Shown here in pieces: positions 56,581 through 64,000 of a stretch of 64,000 nt of DNA. Numbering within the stretch: the stretch's first letter is position 1; each line of letters opens with the position of its first letter. The position numbers were made by a program, and so were the translations under genes. The stretch covers positions 192,030 to 256,029 of IMG/VR virus record IMGVR_UViG_3300027816_000052; one strand, 5' to 3'. The notes beneath the pieces are model-generated. The model made no database searches and was not told the DNA's origin. It saw nothing but the letters and a program-made list of their open reading frames with translations.

Positions 56581-56771
56581 ACAATCGAAGAAATTCATTG
56601 TTTGGTAAAAAAGTAGTTGTTGGTCCTTGGGGATGGGGTAAAATTGGCGAAGTAAGTGTTCAAAAAACAGATGTTACTGTTTTTTATTATGTGTTTGGTA
56701 TCTTAGTACATTGTGTAACAGCACATAATGTTTCTTATGATACAGCAGTAGAAATGGGTTATAAAAAATAA
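56577..56771 (+). CDS. hypothetical protein
   Basis: ORF track. Confidence 0.4.
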   Translation: MNNRRNSLFGKKVVVGPWGWGKIGEVSVQKTDVTVFYYVFGILVHCVTAHNVSYDTAVEMGYKK

Positions 56772-56775
56772 AAAA

Positions 56776-57156
56776 ATGACTGATAATAAATATATACCAA
56801 TAGTGACAGATGAGACCATTGAAAAATGGTCAGAAGGAGATAGTTTTGCTGCGGTTATTGCTGAAGAGGTTAGAGATGTTTATGAGATTCATATCTCAGA
56901 AGGTCGATTGAAGTGGGTCGAATATGTGGAAGTTCATCATCCATCAGTACCCGAAGAAGAATGGAAAAAATGGGTTGATGGTAATGATGTTGAATTTTCT
57001 ATGTTGGTGACTAAATGTTGTAATAAAAATCCTTGGATTCCACCTTGGGCATATAAAAATGCAGAATTAGACCATATTAATAAAAGAATTGTTTATCCGA
57101 ATAAGTGTTGGGTTTGTCCGGGATGTGGTAATCAAATTAAAAAACTAATAAAATGA
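56776..57156 (+). CDS. hypothetical protein with C-terminal Cys cluster
   Basis: KCC...CWVCPGCG. Confidence 0.5.
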   Translation: MTDNKYIPIVTDETIEKWSEGDSFAAVIAEEVRDVYEIHISEGRLKWVEYVEVHHPSVPEEEWKKWVDGNDVEFSMLVTKCCNKNPWIPPWAYKNAELDHINKRIVYPNKCWVCPGCGNQIKKLIK

Positions 57157-57368
57157 ATTTAAGAATCGTTGAAAGAACCTATCCAAGTGGAAATATCTTA
57201 TATGTTATACAGAAGAAACATTGGTTATTTAAAGATAAGTGGGTGGATTGTGAAATAGCTTCTTTTGGTTTTTATGAGACCGCAAGATTTAAAACTTTAG
57301 AAGAAGCAAAAAAGAATCTTTATCTATTTAGTAAAACTAAAATTATTGATAAAGTTGTTTATCCATGA
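57153..57368 (+). CDS. hypothetical protein
   Basis: ORF track. Confidence 0.45.
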   Translation: MNLRIVERTYPSGNILYVIQKKHWLFKDKWVDCEIASFGFYETARFKTLEEAKKNLYLFSKTKIIDKVVYP

Positions 57369-57510
57369 TTTGTTTTGAATCACCAAAATGTTCGGAATGT
57401 TTAGAATCCGCTGGATGGGCATTAGCTTGTGGATTCGATATTTTATTTTTTGTTGGTGGTTTATTCATCTTAATTCTAATGATAATTCGTCTTAAAAATG
57501 AAAATAAAAA

Positions 57511-57870
57511 ATGAAAAAATTTGTTATTGAAAATATAGGTTGGCAAAGTATGAATATATTTGAATATTCGCATCCAAATAAAACAAAAATTGATTTTGAA
57601 AATGATGTTAAAATTGCGATTAAGAATGCTGCTGAATTTTTAACATCTAACTCAAATGATTATTTAATTTCGGTTGATGATTTGTTAAGGATAACTGATA
57701 AAGAATTGTTAGCATTAGGATATAATCATCCACAAATACCTGATGTGATAATTTCGATTGATTCTGAAAGTTTAATTGATTCCAATTGTAAAGATATTGA
57801 GAATTTAGTTGGAAAAGAATTGTTCGATAAAATTAATTCACATAATAATGAACATAATCCATATTTATAG
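57511..57870 (+). CDS. hypothetical protein
   Basis: ORF track. Confidence 0.45.
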   Translation: MKKFVIENIGWQSMNIFEYSHPNKTKIDFENDVKIAIKNAAEFLTSNSNDYLISVDDLLRITDKELLALGYNHPQIPDVIISIDSESLIDSNCKDIENLVGKELFDKINSHNNEHNPYL

Positions 57871-57872
57871 TT

Positions 57873-58298
57873 ATGAACAAAAATTTTTTATATATAATTT
57901 TAATTATTGTTAGTTTATTGGGTATTTCTTATGTAGTTTTGCCTGATAAATGGAAGATTGTATTGGGTAAATTAAAAGAAAACGAAACAATAATTAATCT
58001 TAGAAAAGAAAATGAGGAACTTAAAAAACAAAATGAGGATATTGAAAAACAAAGAAAGGAATTGAGAGAACAAATTAAAGAAGATTCTTTATTTATTGTT
58101 AATTTACAAACGGAAAGAGTTAAAATTGATAAACAGTTAGACAAGAAAGATATTGACATTGAGAGAACAAAAGGTAAATTGAATGATGTATTGAAAGAAC
58201 AAAATATTACAAAAGAAAACATAAATAAGATTAAATCAACACCAAATGAAAAACGAGGTGAAGAGTTAATTTTTTCAATTAGCAAAAGATTAAAATGA
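57873..58298 (+). CDS. N-anchored coiled-coil membrane protein (spanin-like candidate)
   Basis: N-terminal TM followed by a long coiled coil. Confidence 0.45.
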   Translation: MNKNFLYIILIIVSLLGISYVVLPDKWKIVLGKLKENETIINLRKENEELKKQNEDIEKQRKELREQIKEDSLFIVNLQTERVKIDKQLDKKDIDIERTKGKLNDVLKEQNITKENINKIKSTPNEKRGEELIFSISKRLK

Positions 58299-58801
58299 GA
58301 AATATTTTATCAATATTATTTTTACTTTTGGTTTCATTCGGTTATTGTCAAAATATCCGGTTGGATAGGGATGAATTACCAGCTTACGTGATTAAAAATC
58401 AATCAGACACTCTTGGTATCATCTTCTCAGTTGAAAATGTTCAGAAGATTGATAAAGACCTTGAACTTCTTGAATATATTGAAAAATTAAATTCACAAGT
58501 CGATACCGTACAATATTATTATGTCAGTTTAATTAATGATTTAAATGAAAAAGTTGAATTGCAAAAATATAAAATTATTAACCTAACAAGTGAAATCTTT
58601 AAAAAAGATGAATTAATTAAAAAATTAAGAAAAGAAATTGCTTTATCTGACACAACAATTGTGAATAAAAACATTGAAATTAATAATTTAAATACAATTA
58701 TTGTTGAAAAAGATGAAGAAATTCAAAAGCAAAAGAATTTAAAAATTGGAGCAATTGTTGGTGGTAGTATTTTAGTTTTACTCGTATTAATTTTTGGTTG
58801 A
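58295..58801 (+). CDS. exported coiled-coil protein with C-terminal TM (spanin-like candidate)
   Basis: Signal peptide ..SFGYCQ, coiled coil, C-terminal hydrophobic helix. Confidence 0.45.
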   Translation: MRNILSILFLLLVSFGYCQNIRLDRDELPAYVIKNQSDTLGIIFSVENVQKIDKDLELLEYIEKLNSQVDTVQYYYVSLINDLNEKVELQKYKIINLTSEIFKKDELIKKLRKEIALSDTTIVNKNIEINNLNTIIVEKDEEIQKQKNLKIGAIVGGSILVLLVLIFG

Positions 58802-58854
58802 GAAATAAAATTTAATTAACTTAGGGTTCGTATATATTTATATAAAAAAATAAT

Positions 58855-59559
58855 ATGAGTCGATTAAGAAAAAATATTAAACGAATTTTAGAGCAAGAAG
58901 TTGGTTCTAATGAATGGATTGAAAAGAAATTAGCTAAACGAAAATCCATGTCATATGATGAGGTAAATAAATTGGGAAAAAACGTTTTAGAATTATATAA
59001 AGACAAATTTACAGTTAATTATTTCATTGAAAGAGTTCCGTTTTTAAAAGACTATAATATTATACTTGAACCGGGAAGATCCCCACATGATGATAGAGAA
59101 GATGGAATGCAATATAGAATTGAATTTGGTTTAAAAAAAGTCTCACAAAATCAAAAAGTTAATATTGGAGGGACGTATGCTGATTTTGATAAAATATTCA
59201 TGTTTTCTGATTTTACTTTTTTTCCAAATCAAAATGGCGATGCTGTTTTTTATTATTTTGTAATTAAAAATCGACTAGTTTTAGAACCAGCAAAAACAGA
59301 AGATCAAGAAACAAATCTTAAAATTAAGATATTTACACAAGCTGCGATGTTAGTGTCCCAAAAATTATCATATAATGGTCAAATAATGGTACACGGAGAT
59401 AAAGATTATTTTTTCAATCGAATAAAAAATGAATATGAATTCAATGACCCGACAGATTTTCCGGAAGACAAATTAGATAATATTATAAATGAGATTAATA
59501 AATCTCTATTTAATTTTGAGGAATTTATTTCAAATTTTGATTTAAAAATTGAAAAATAA
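58855..59559 (+). CDS. putative virion-internal protein (IKRILEQE N-terminus)
   Basis: N-terminal motif; TATATTTAT upstream. Confidence 0.5.
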   Translation: MSRLRKNIKRILEQEVGSNEWIEKKLAKRKSMSYDEVNKLGKNVLELYKDKFTVNYFIERVPFLKDYNIILEPGRSPHDDREDGMQYRIEFGLKKVSQNQKVNIGGTYADFDKIFMFSDFTFFPNQNGDAVFYYFVIKNRLVLEPAKTEDQETNLKIKIFTQAAMLVSQKLSYNGQIMVHGDKDYFFNRIKNEYEFNDPTDFPEDKLDNIINEINKSLFNFEEFISNFDLKIEK

Positions 59560-59882
59560 TGGAATTTAGAGAAGATGTAATAATTAATATAAAAAATATT
59601 TTACCAAGACTTTTTTGGTTAAGAAAAGAAAAAATTGATGGTGACACCATAAATGTTATTTGGGATAACAGAGAAGCTAATCAGATTGGTAAAGTTATGT
59701 TTAAAAAAGCAAAAAACAAGTGGAATACTAAACCACTAATGACCTCTTCTTATATTATAACTGACGCAGATTTATTTGGTGTCATTGATTTATTACACAA
59801 ACATGTTAACTTTGATGAGAGAGAATATTCCGAGATTAAAAAAATTTTGGAAACCATGTCCAAAAATATCTTAAAAAGATAA
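59559..59882 (+). CDS. hypothetical protein
   Basis: ORF track. Confidence 0.45.
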   Translation: MEFREDVIINIKNILPRLFWLRKEKIDGDTINVIWDNREANQIGKVMFKKAKNKWNTKPLMTSSYIITDADLFGVIDLLHKHVNFDEREYSEIKKILETMSKNILKR

Positions 59883-59899
59883 AAAAGTTCGTTTTAAGG

Positions 59900-59930
59900 C
59901 TTGTCAAGTGCAAAAAGTTTACTATATTTG
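59900..59930 (+). promoter_or_regulatory. Bacteroidota-type promoter
   Basis: CTTG-N19-TATATTTG. Confidence 0.55.
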
Positions 59931-59959
59931 AGTTATAAACAAATTAAAACTTTTATAAA

Positions 59960-60175
59960 ATGAAAAATCTTAATCGTACAGCAAAGTTAGCATTTTTTAA
60001 TGCACGTAGACGCGAAGGTGATGTCTCCAGAATTATCTCTGAAACCGGAATGAGTCCCAACCACACTCGCAGAATGTTAGCGGCAGAACGCAGAATTAAT
60101 GAAGAAACTGCTGATACCGCATATGAAATTAGCTACATGCGCAGAAAAAATAGCGAAATTGGTTATAGTCTTTAA
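59960..60175 (+). CDS. small basic HTH-like DNA-binding protein
   Basis: GDVSRIISETGMSPNHTRRML helix-turn-helix-like; own promoter and terminator. Confidence 0.5.
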   Translation: MKNLNRTAKLAFFNARRREGDVSRIISETGMSPNHTRRMLAAERRINEETADTAYEISYMRRKNSEIGYSL

Positions 60176-60193
60176 TAACCACAAAAATTAAAT

Positions 60194-60222
60194 AAAATCC
60201 CCACCCAAAAAGTGGGGATTTT
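60194..60222 (+). terminator. rho-independent terminator
   Basis: AAAATCCCCAC-loop-GTGGGGATTTT. Confidence 0.8.
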
Positions 60223-60277
60223 AACTTTTCTTGATATTTATAAAATGGGGATTATATTATTAATAATTAAGAATTAA

Positions 60278-60799
60278 ATGCTAGAAAAACTAATTGATTT
60301 TATTCTTGAGATTATTGAGCAGATAATTCCTTTTAAAGTCCTAAAGGATTATCAGCAAGGAGTTTTATTTAGATTCGGTAAATTTAGAAAGGTTGTAAAA
60401 CCCGGTATTCAGTTTAAAATTCCATTTTTTGATGATATTGAAATACATCCCGTTGTATATACAACAATTACATTACCACCACAAAGCATAGTTACCAGCG
60501 ATGGAATTAATGTTGTTATTAGAGGACATATAAAATATAAAATAGAAGATATTAAGATATTTGGTGTTGAAGTTTATGATGCAATTGATGCATTATCGGA
60601 TATGACCGGTGGTGTTATTTATGAGATAATAAGAACAAAAACTTGGGAAGAATCTTATACATCAAATTTAAGTTCACTCATAACAAAACAAGCAAGAGTT
60701 GAAGCTAAAAAGTGGGGAATTTATGTTGAGAAGGTAACAATTACCGATTATTCAAAAACACCTTCGTTAAGACTTTTTAATGGTGAGATATTGAAATAA
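60278..60799 (+). CDS. SPFH/band-7 domain protein
   Basis: GVLFRFGK...PGIQFKIPF...IVTSDG...WGIYVEKVTITD. Confidence 0.85.
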   Translation: MLEKLIDFILEIIEQIIPFKVLKDYQQGVLFRFGKFRKVVKPGIQFKIPFFDDIEIHPVVYTTITLPPQSIVTSDGINVVIRGHIKYKIEDIKIFGVEVYDAIDALSDMTGGVIYEIIRTKTWEESYTSNLSSLITKQARVEAKKWGIYVEKVTITDYSKTPSLRLFNGEILK

Positions 60800-60833
60800 C
60801 GAAAAAGTTTTTCTATCTTTTGGTCATAAATAA

Positions 60834-61094
60834 TTGATTATGAAAGATAAGAGGGGAAACTATAAAAAACCAACTTTGAAACAAAAAGTTGAGATGTATG
60901 AAAATGTTTTTAACCAAATGTATCTCTGTAGAAATTATTCATTAAATGACGATAGATATCGTCAAATTTTAGATAATATTAATATTTGGAGTAGAATGCA
61001 AGGAATGGAAGGACCATATCAGGGTGAAGAAAGAAATTATTATAATAATGTTTATGGTTCTTTCTGGAATCTTTTAAATGATAATCAAAAATGA
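60834..61094 (+). CDS. hypothetical protein
   Basis: ORF track. Confidence 0.45.
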   Translation: MIMKDKRGNYKKPTLKQKVEMYENVFNQMYLCRNYSLNDDRYRQILDNINIWSRMQGMEGPYQGEERNYYNNVYGSFWNLLNDNQK

Positions 61095-61405
61095 GAAATT
61101 TACTTTTTTTAATATTTTTAGCTATTGGAATTAATGTTTATTCACAGGATTACCAACCAGTTTTAATAAAATGGGTTGATATTACAGCAACAGATGGTGG
61201 ATGGAGAACATATGACGAAATGCTGGAATGGTCAGGAGCACAACAAGATACGGTAACACAACTTGGATTTATCGTTTATCAGGACGCAAATAAGCTAGTC
61301 TTAACTGATAGTTATTTTAGAAATGAGAACATGATTGGTTATTGTGTTTCAATACCAAAATCAACTATTGTATATATTAAAAAAATCTCTATTAGAGAAG
61401 AATAA
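61091..61405 (+). CDS. exported protein with signal peptide
   Basis: MRNLLFLIFLAIGINVYSQ; IKWVD...GFIV...IPK small beta domain. Confidence 0.55.
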   Translation: MRNLLFLIFLAIGINVYSQDYQPVLIKWVDITATDGGWRTYDEMLEWSGAQQDTVTQLGFIVYQDANKLVLTDSYFRNENMIGYCVSIPKSTIVYIKKISIREE

Positions 61406-61406
61406 T

Positions 61407-61437
61407 TTTGGAAATCGAAAAGGATTCCATATCTTTG
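61407..61437 (+). promoter_or_regulatory. Bacteroidota-type promoter
   Basis: TTTG-N19-TATCTTTG. Confidence 0.65.
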
Positions 61438-61462
61438 TGAAACAAATTAAAAATATTAAAAA

Positions 61463-61741
61463 ATGTATGACGCACACCTTTTTTTGGATGATGAAAAATT
61501 TGAAAAAAATGAAACTAATCTAATTGATAATGAAAGAATGACAAGATTTCTTTATGAGTCATTTTATAATGATTTAATTGATATGGGTGATGAAAGGTTT
61601 ATTAAAACAAAAGCAAGAGCTTTAACCAAAGACGTGAAAATTAAATCTTTAACCAGAGCAATTCAATATTTTTCGCAACCACACATCGAAGAATATGAAA
61701 AATGCACATACATGAAAAATATTTTGGATAAATTGATTTGA
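61463..61741 (+). CDS. hypothetical protein with UVR-like EEYEKC end
   Basis: AIQYF...EEYEKC. Confidence 0.45.
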   Translation: MYDAHLFLDDEKFEKNETNLIDNERMTRFLYESFYNDLIDMGDERFIKTKARALTKDVKIKSLTRAIQYFSQPHIEEYEKCTYMKNILDKLI

Positions 61742-61794
61742 TTCTAACACCAAATTCAACTATAATTTAATATAAAATTTTAAATCAAATAAAA

Positions 61795-62376
61795 ATGCAA
61801 AAAATTAAACTTAGAGATACTGAAAAAGTATTCAATGGAATTACAGAAATGAGCAAATTGGTTCAGGAAAATTTAATTGGTTTTAATGAAAGTATTACAA
61901 TTCAAAATGATTTTCATCCTGAAATGGATTTTGAGGTAAAACTCAATCTTAATAATGAAATTGAAGAGATTACTCTTATTTTTAAATCTTCAAATGGTGA
62001 TGATTTTAGTGTTATTATTGATGACCCATATGAAGTTCCGGAAGCGGTTGATTTCTTTCTTTTAAAAGAACAAGAACCTTTAGCTAGTATTATGAATACG
62101 TTAGACACTTTAATTGCTTTTGAAGGAGAACATGACTTAGAAGTTTCAGTTGATTTGAATAACTCAGATGAGGTAACTTTGTATTTTACTGATGAAAGTT
62201 ACGGATATAACTATAGAATACAAATTGATTCCGATTCAACTAACGTTACCAGAGATGAAACTGAAATTAATGATAATGAGGAGGAAGAAAAAAGAGAAAG
62301 ATTGGAACAGGCTAGACTTGAACTTGATGAGTTGCAAAAAGAAATTGATTATTTGGAGGAAGAATTGAATGATTAG
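61795..62376 (+). CDS. acidic hypothetical protein
   Basis: ORF track. Confidence 0.5.
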   Translation: MQKIKLRDTEKVFNGITEMSKLVQENLIGFNESITIQNDFHPEMDFEVKLNLNNEIEEITLIFKSSNGDDFSVIIDDPYEVPEAVDFFLLKEQEPLASIMNTLDTLIAFEGEHDLEVSVDLNNSDEVTLYFTDESYGYNYRIQIDSDSTNVTRDETEINDNEEEEKRERLEQARLELDELQKEIDYLEEELND

Positions 62377-62541
62377 TAGGCAACCAAATCACCAACTTAT
62401 TGTCTAACATTAAACATATATTACAATGCAATCACACGAAATTTTTATTATAGCATTTATTTCTCTCATTGGTTTATTATTTAGCGTACAAATTTTTCTT
62501 AAAAAAACGGATAAAAAATGATTTTTAAACAATAAATTAGT

Positions 62542-62826
62542 ATGAAGACGTTATTAAAGACGGTAATAATTGATAATGTAACATATGAAATTTATGGATC
62601 ATCTAATGATAGGGTTAATAAATTCGATGAGATTAAAAATTTAATTAGCGAATTAGAAAGACTTTGGGAGTTTTTGGATTCAGTTGAAAAAACACTAAAT
62701 AATAAATCTTTTATTGAAAAAGCAAATAAAGTTATTGTGGAAAAAGAAATCAAAAAATTTAATGATACGATTGATAAAATGCTCTCAATCGAGAATATAT
62801 TATATAACTATTTAATTCTAAACTAA
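62542..62826 (+). CDS. protein resembling the ValRS C-terminal coiled-coil arm
   Basis: EKTLNNKSFIEKANKVIVEKEIKK. Confidence 0.5.
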   Translation: MKTLLKTVIIDNVTYEIYGSSNDRVNKFDEIKNLISELERLWEFLDSVEKTLNNKSFIEKANKVIVEKEIKKFNDTIDKMLSIENILYNYLILN

Positions 62827-63029
62827 TGAGTGACTTAATGTGGTGGGGATATCTACATTCAAACGGTAATATCCAAGTTAAACGATGGTTTGGAGACCAT
62901 AAAGACTATACTGATGATTGTGAAGGAAATCCATTTGTGAGTGTGGTTATAACCCCATTTTATGCGAACAATCGTGATGAGGCTATAGCACACATAACAA
63001 AAAAATTAAACGAGTTTGGAGAACTGTAG
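62826..63029 (+). CDS. hypothetical protein
   Basis: ORF track. Confidence 0.5.
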   Translation: MSDLMWWGYLHSNGNIQVKRWFGDHKDYTDDCEGNPFVSVVITPFYANNRDEAIAHITKKLNEFGEL

Positions 63030-63032
63030 AAA

Positions 63033-63413
63033 ATGCTAAGGGGTGAACAACTAACACTGGAAAAGTGGGAATATACTGGATTATTGGTTAATTTATCAGA
63101 TGATGAGAAAATTAAACTTGTAAAATATTTTAATGATGCGGTTGTAAAATACAATCTTTTATCTGAAAATATTTTTGATGAAACCGGTGTCTCATATTTA
63201 ATTTTACCAATCATAAGAAGACTTTTTGATATTTTACGTAATTATAAAATTAATAAAGATATTGATTTATTAATAATTGATAAAATATATAAAGATTTAT
63301 ATAATTCAGATTGGTATAAAAAATTATATAATGAAGCTTATTATAAACTAGATAGTGAGTCGGAATTGGTTGTTAGGATAACAAAAACATATATAGAACA
63401 ACTAGAAAAATGA
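63033..63413 (+). CDS. protein resembling the N-terminus of T4-like major capsid proteins
   Basis: LEKWEYTGLLVNL...ILPIIRR. Confidence 0.4.
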   Translation: MLRGEQLTLEKWEYTGLLVNLSDDEKIKLVKYFNDAVVKYNLLSENIFDETGVSYLILPIIRRLFDILRNYKINKDIDLLIIDKIYKDLYNSDWYKKLYNEAYYKLDSESELVVRITKTYIEQLEK

Positions 63414-63700
63414 TTTATACGCTTTGGATTGATTATTTTGCGACAGGTGAAGGAAGAACAGTTTTCTTAAATATTGTTGATGCAAATACAAAAGAACAAG
63501 CTTTATCGAGCATGTCAAGACATATTGGACAACAATATGCGGATTATTATATGGTTGGTGTTAAATATGAGGAAGGATTTAATCCCAAAAATCAATATGT
63601 CGTTGAATGTCTTTCAAAAACTTTAATTGACAAATTGGAAAAAAATAAAGATAGAGCGATGATTGATATCTATTGTGAACAATATTTTAATTTTTCTTAA
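63410..63700 (+). CDS. hypothetical protein
   Basis: DYFATGEG motif. Confidence 0.5.
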   Translation: MIYTLWIDYFATGEGRTVFLNIVDANTKEQALSSMSRHIGQQYADYYMVGVKYEEGFNPKNQYVVECLSKTLIDKLEKNKDRAMIDIYCEQYFNFS

Positions 63701-63701
63701 A

Positions 63702-63965
63702 ATGAAAAATATTTATTATATTGATAAAAACACAAGAATTCGTTTTATACCATCAAATGATGGTCTGGAATATCACATTCTTGAACGTAAAACATTTGTA
63801 AAGGTTTTTAATTATATACTTTTTACCTATTGGAGAGAATGTACCACTGTAACAAATTTAATGTTTAATTTAAGTTCCGATATTAATGAATTTATAAAAC
63901 ATGTGTTAGAGAAAGAAAAGATGGAAAATAAAAAACCAACAAAATTTAAAGGTTATCCAGAATAA
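63702..63965 (+). CDS. hypothetical protein
   Basis: ORF 63663..63965; internal ATG MKNIY. Confidence 0.4.
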   Translation: MKNIYYIDKNTRIRFIPSNDGLEYHILERKTFVKVFNYILFTYWRECTTVTNLMFNLSSDINEFIKHVLEKEKMENKKPTKFKGYPE

Positions 63966-64000
63966 ATAATCTCCGTTCCTTCTCCCCCCCCCCCCCCCCC

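Noticed and set aside
63984-64000. Terminal poly-C run
   Set aside because: A homopolymer at the sequence end is most likely a sequencing or assembly artefact.

Overview
AT-rich (roughly 27-28% GC by eye), gene-dense segment of a very large tailed-phage genome whose host is most likely a Bacteroidota bacterium (TTTG-N19/20-TAnnTTTG promoters, Bacteroidota-type sigma factor, T9SS-cargo-like gene, Hc1-like protein). Left part (1-35 kb): Cys/Thr-rich virion proteins, RuvC-like resolvase, primase, PD-(D/E)xK nuclease, SbcD/SbcC (gp47/gp46-like), sigma-70, DnaJ, glutaredoxin, SLT/LysM, and many putative virion-internal proteins that share an N-terminal LTESEL/ILxE motif and an upstream RTATTTAT box. 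Middle (35.5-43 kb): RNA-repair and nucleotide-processing genes (receiver-like cyclic-phosphate domain, NUDIX, Rnl1 ligase, HD, SLOG, metallophosphoesterase). The main discovery is at 44.2-53.6 kb: an integron-like array of 14 cassettes separated by 13 attC-like hairpins (TAACG...TGTTA) and ending at an unpaired attI-like core next to a compact tyrosine recombinase that lacks the IntI-specific insertion. All cassette genes point toward the integrase, the reverse of classical cassette polarity. The hairpins supply promoters, start codons or even a whole gene, each cassette has its own extended terminal inverted repeat, and the cargo includes a miniaturised IleRS and a GC-rich foreign gene. Right part (53.6-64 kb): small accessory genes, a second RNA ligase, SPFH and spanin-like membrane proteins. 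No tRNA, rRNA or true CRISPR array was recognised.
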